Shown in pieces: positions 62,625 through 64,000 of a DNA stretch of 64,000 bases (the first letter of the stretch is position 1; each line of letters starts with the position of its first letter). The notes under the pieces were generated by a model that searched no databases, was not told the DNA's origin, and saw only the letters and a program-made list of their open reading frames with translations. The DNA is from Anaerolineales bacterium (GTDB taxonomy: Bacteria; Chloroflexota; Anaerolineae; Anaerolineales; Villigracilaceae): NCBI GenBank assembly GCA_034434535.1, contig DAOTZC010000012.1:510128-574127 (forward strand), in the 5' to 3' direction. The position numbers were made by a program, and so were the translations under genes.

Positions 62625-64000
62625 CTACTTCTCTGTTTCCTTATGCTGCCTCACCAACTCGCGGCGCAGGATTTTCCCAACGGTGGTTTTGGGCAGTTCT
62701 GCGCGGAACTCGACATGGGTGGGTACTTTGTAAGCCGCCAGCTTTTCCTTACACCAGGCCTTAATTTCGTCCTCCGTCAGACTTTCGTCTTTTTTGACAA
62801 CCCAGGCCTTCACGGTTTCGCCGCGATACGGGTCGGGGATGCCCGCTACGCCGCATTCCAGCACTTTTGGATGGGCGATGATGACCTCTTCTACTTCGCG
62901 CGGCCAGACCTGGAATCCGCCCGGCTTGATGAGTTCCTTTTTGCGGTCCACAATGTAGAAATATCCGTCCTCATCCATGCGGGCGATATCGCCAGTGAAT
63001 AGCCAGGGTCCGCCGCCGTCGCCCAGGTCGCGCAGAGTGTTGGCGGTTTCTGTGGGCATGTTATGATACCCTTTCATCACCTGTGGCCCGCGAATCACCA
63101 GCTCGCCGATTTCGCCCAGACCCAATTCGGTCATGCCATCATCCAGGCTGATAATTTTGCACTCCACATCCGAAAGCGGCATTCCAATGGAGCCGGTTTT
63201 GTTCGTTCCAAACAGCGGGTTGCAGTGGGTTGCGGTTGGCGCTTCCGAAAGGCCAAAGCCCTCAAACAGTTTTCCGCCAGTGAGCGCTTCGAATTTCTCT
63301 TTTGTTTCGCGCAGGAGCGGCGCCGAGCCGGAAATGCAAGCCTTGATGGAACGGAGATTGTACTTGCCCGCCGCCACGTCAGGGTGGTTGTTGAGCGCGT
63401 TGTACAGCGTTGGCACGCCCGGGAAAATGGTAGGGCGGTACTTGTTGATATTTTCCAGCACGTCTTTCAGGTCACGCGGGTTGGGGACCATCACCATTGT
63501 TGCCCCGGCGGCCAGGGCAAAGTTCATACCTGCCACCATGCCATACACATGGAAAAGCGGAATCGCCATCAGCACAATATCTTTGCCGGGTTCCAGTGCT
63601 TTGCCCATCCAGGTCTTAATCTGGAGCGAATTGGCAACAATATTGCGGTGCAGCGCCACCGCGCCTTTGGAGACGCCGGTCGTGCCGCCTGAATACTGAA
63701 ACAGGCAGGTATCCTCCGGCCCAATCTCCAGTTTGGGCCGGTCGGCAGGCGTATATTTTTTCAACAGGTCTTGCAGCCATACATCCCCCGCCTGCAGGCC
63801 GCCCTCAATGCGGAAGCCGCCTTTCTTCTCCTTTGCCAGCGTGAACAAAAGCCGCAACACGGGCGGCAGAGTTTCTTTCAGGTTGGTGACAATCAGCGTC
63901 TTGATTTTGGTCTTGGGCTGGGCAGTTTTGATGGTCTTATAGAAATTCGTCATCACGAACATAACCTCGATGCCCGCATCGTTCACCTGGTGTTCGATTT
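62625..64000 (-). CDS. long-chain acyl-CoA synthetase (AMP-binding, FadD-like), 5' end outside window
   Basis: AMP-binding motif YSGGTTGVSKGA, GYGMVAG-type region, C-terminal GKILRRELV. The frame stays open to the window edge. Confidence 0.85.
   Translation of the reverse strand, partial: IEHQVNDAGIEVMFVMTNFYKTIKTAQPKTKIKTLIVTNLKETLPPVLRLLFTLAKEKKGGFRIEGGLQAGDVWLQDLLKKYTPADRPKLEIGPEDTCLFQYSGGTTGVSKGAVALHRNIVANSLQIKTWMGKALEPGKDIVLMAIPLFHVYGMVAGMNFALAAGATMVMVPNPRDLKDVLENINKYRPTIFPGVPTLYNALNNHPDVAAGKYNLRSIKACISGSAPLLRETKEKFEALTGGKLFEGFGLSEAPTATHCNPLFGTNKTGSIGMPLSDVECKIISLDDGMTELGLGEIGELVIRGPQVMKGYHNMPTETANTLRDLGDGGGPWLFTGDIARMDEDGYFYIVDRKKELIKPGGFQVWPREVEEVIIAHPKVLECGVAGIPDPYRGETVKAWVVKKDESLTEDEIKAWCKEKLAAYKVPTHVEFRAELPKTTVGKILRRELVRQHKETEK

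Noticed and set aside
62607-62640. A third, inverted copy of the GGAAAC/ACAGGTAAACAG element right of the ftsH terminator.
   Set aside because: From 62625 onward it is the C-terminal coding sequence (QHKETEK-stop) of the fadD-like gene. It also partly just extends the terminator palindrome, so it is not counted as an independent copy.
1-64000. Phage-defence systems, toxin-antitoxin pairs, prophage or transposon remnants, rRNA/tRNA genes and in-frame selenocysteine codons.
   Set aside because: No nuclease/helicase/methylase/Cas/integrase/transposase motifs and no terminal inverted repeats were recognised in any frame. Every gap above 100 bp was inspected and contains only promoter- or terminator-like signals. 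None of the supported genes needs an internal stop codon.

Overview
This is a 64-kb chromosomal window from a bacterium. Gene content, Pro/Thr-linker lipoproteins and GGAGG-type RBSs suggest a Chloroflexota/Anaerolineae-like organism, but that is an unverified guess. I support about 58 protein-coding genes. I found no rRNA, tRNA, CRISPR array, transposase/integrase or recognisable defence system.

Gene blocks, left to right:
1. 1-4559: a laminarin-type module. It holds an ABC permease tail, a GH16 lipoprotein, and a 1152-aa protein with GH94-like phosphorylase motifs.
2. 4669-9784: a tightly coupled operon starting with a degenerate (pseudo) histidine kinase, then two membrane proteins, a GT2 and a GT4.
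3. 9785-28635: a more A/T-rich exopolysaccharide island of about 18 kb, made of two convergent operons.
   - The + operon is synthase-type: Wzz fused to a dead GGDEF domain, a BcsB-like protein, a membrane GT2 and a CE4 deacetylase.
   - The - operon is Wzx/Wzy-type: a membrane protein with a dead GGDEF domain, a priming transferase, a GH26-like hydrolase, two CelD/FemAB-like acyltransferases flanking a GT-C-like protein, Wzx, Wzy and two GT4s.
   - Both GGDEF domains have lost the active site but keep an RxxD I-site. I consider this the most interesting candidate system: c-di-GMP receptor-controlled EPS machinery with an unusual PCP-GGDEF fusion.
4. 28636-38624: a GC-rich nucleobase/ureide-like locus. 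It holds an 8-oxoguanine-deaminase-like amidohydrolase, a cupin, adenine deaminase, a GntR/UTRA regulator, a YgeY-like M20 hydrolase, an atypical ATCase paralogue, a histidine phosphatase, a YgeW-like transcarbamoylase and a GPH transporter.
5. 38726-43231: Lrp, Nudix, an NBR1-like lipoprotein, an M14 peptidase and CinA.
6. 43455-45629: a MoaD-like protein plus tungsten-type aldehyde:ferredoxin oxidoreductase.
7. 45697-56725: two tandem paralogous Liv-type ABC operons.
8. 56900-59701: a cNMP-binding protein, a LysM/M23 peptidase, DUF192 and CheY.
9. 59750-64000: xth, ftsH and a partial fadD-like gene.

All functional calls come from by-eye motif recognition, not from database searches.
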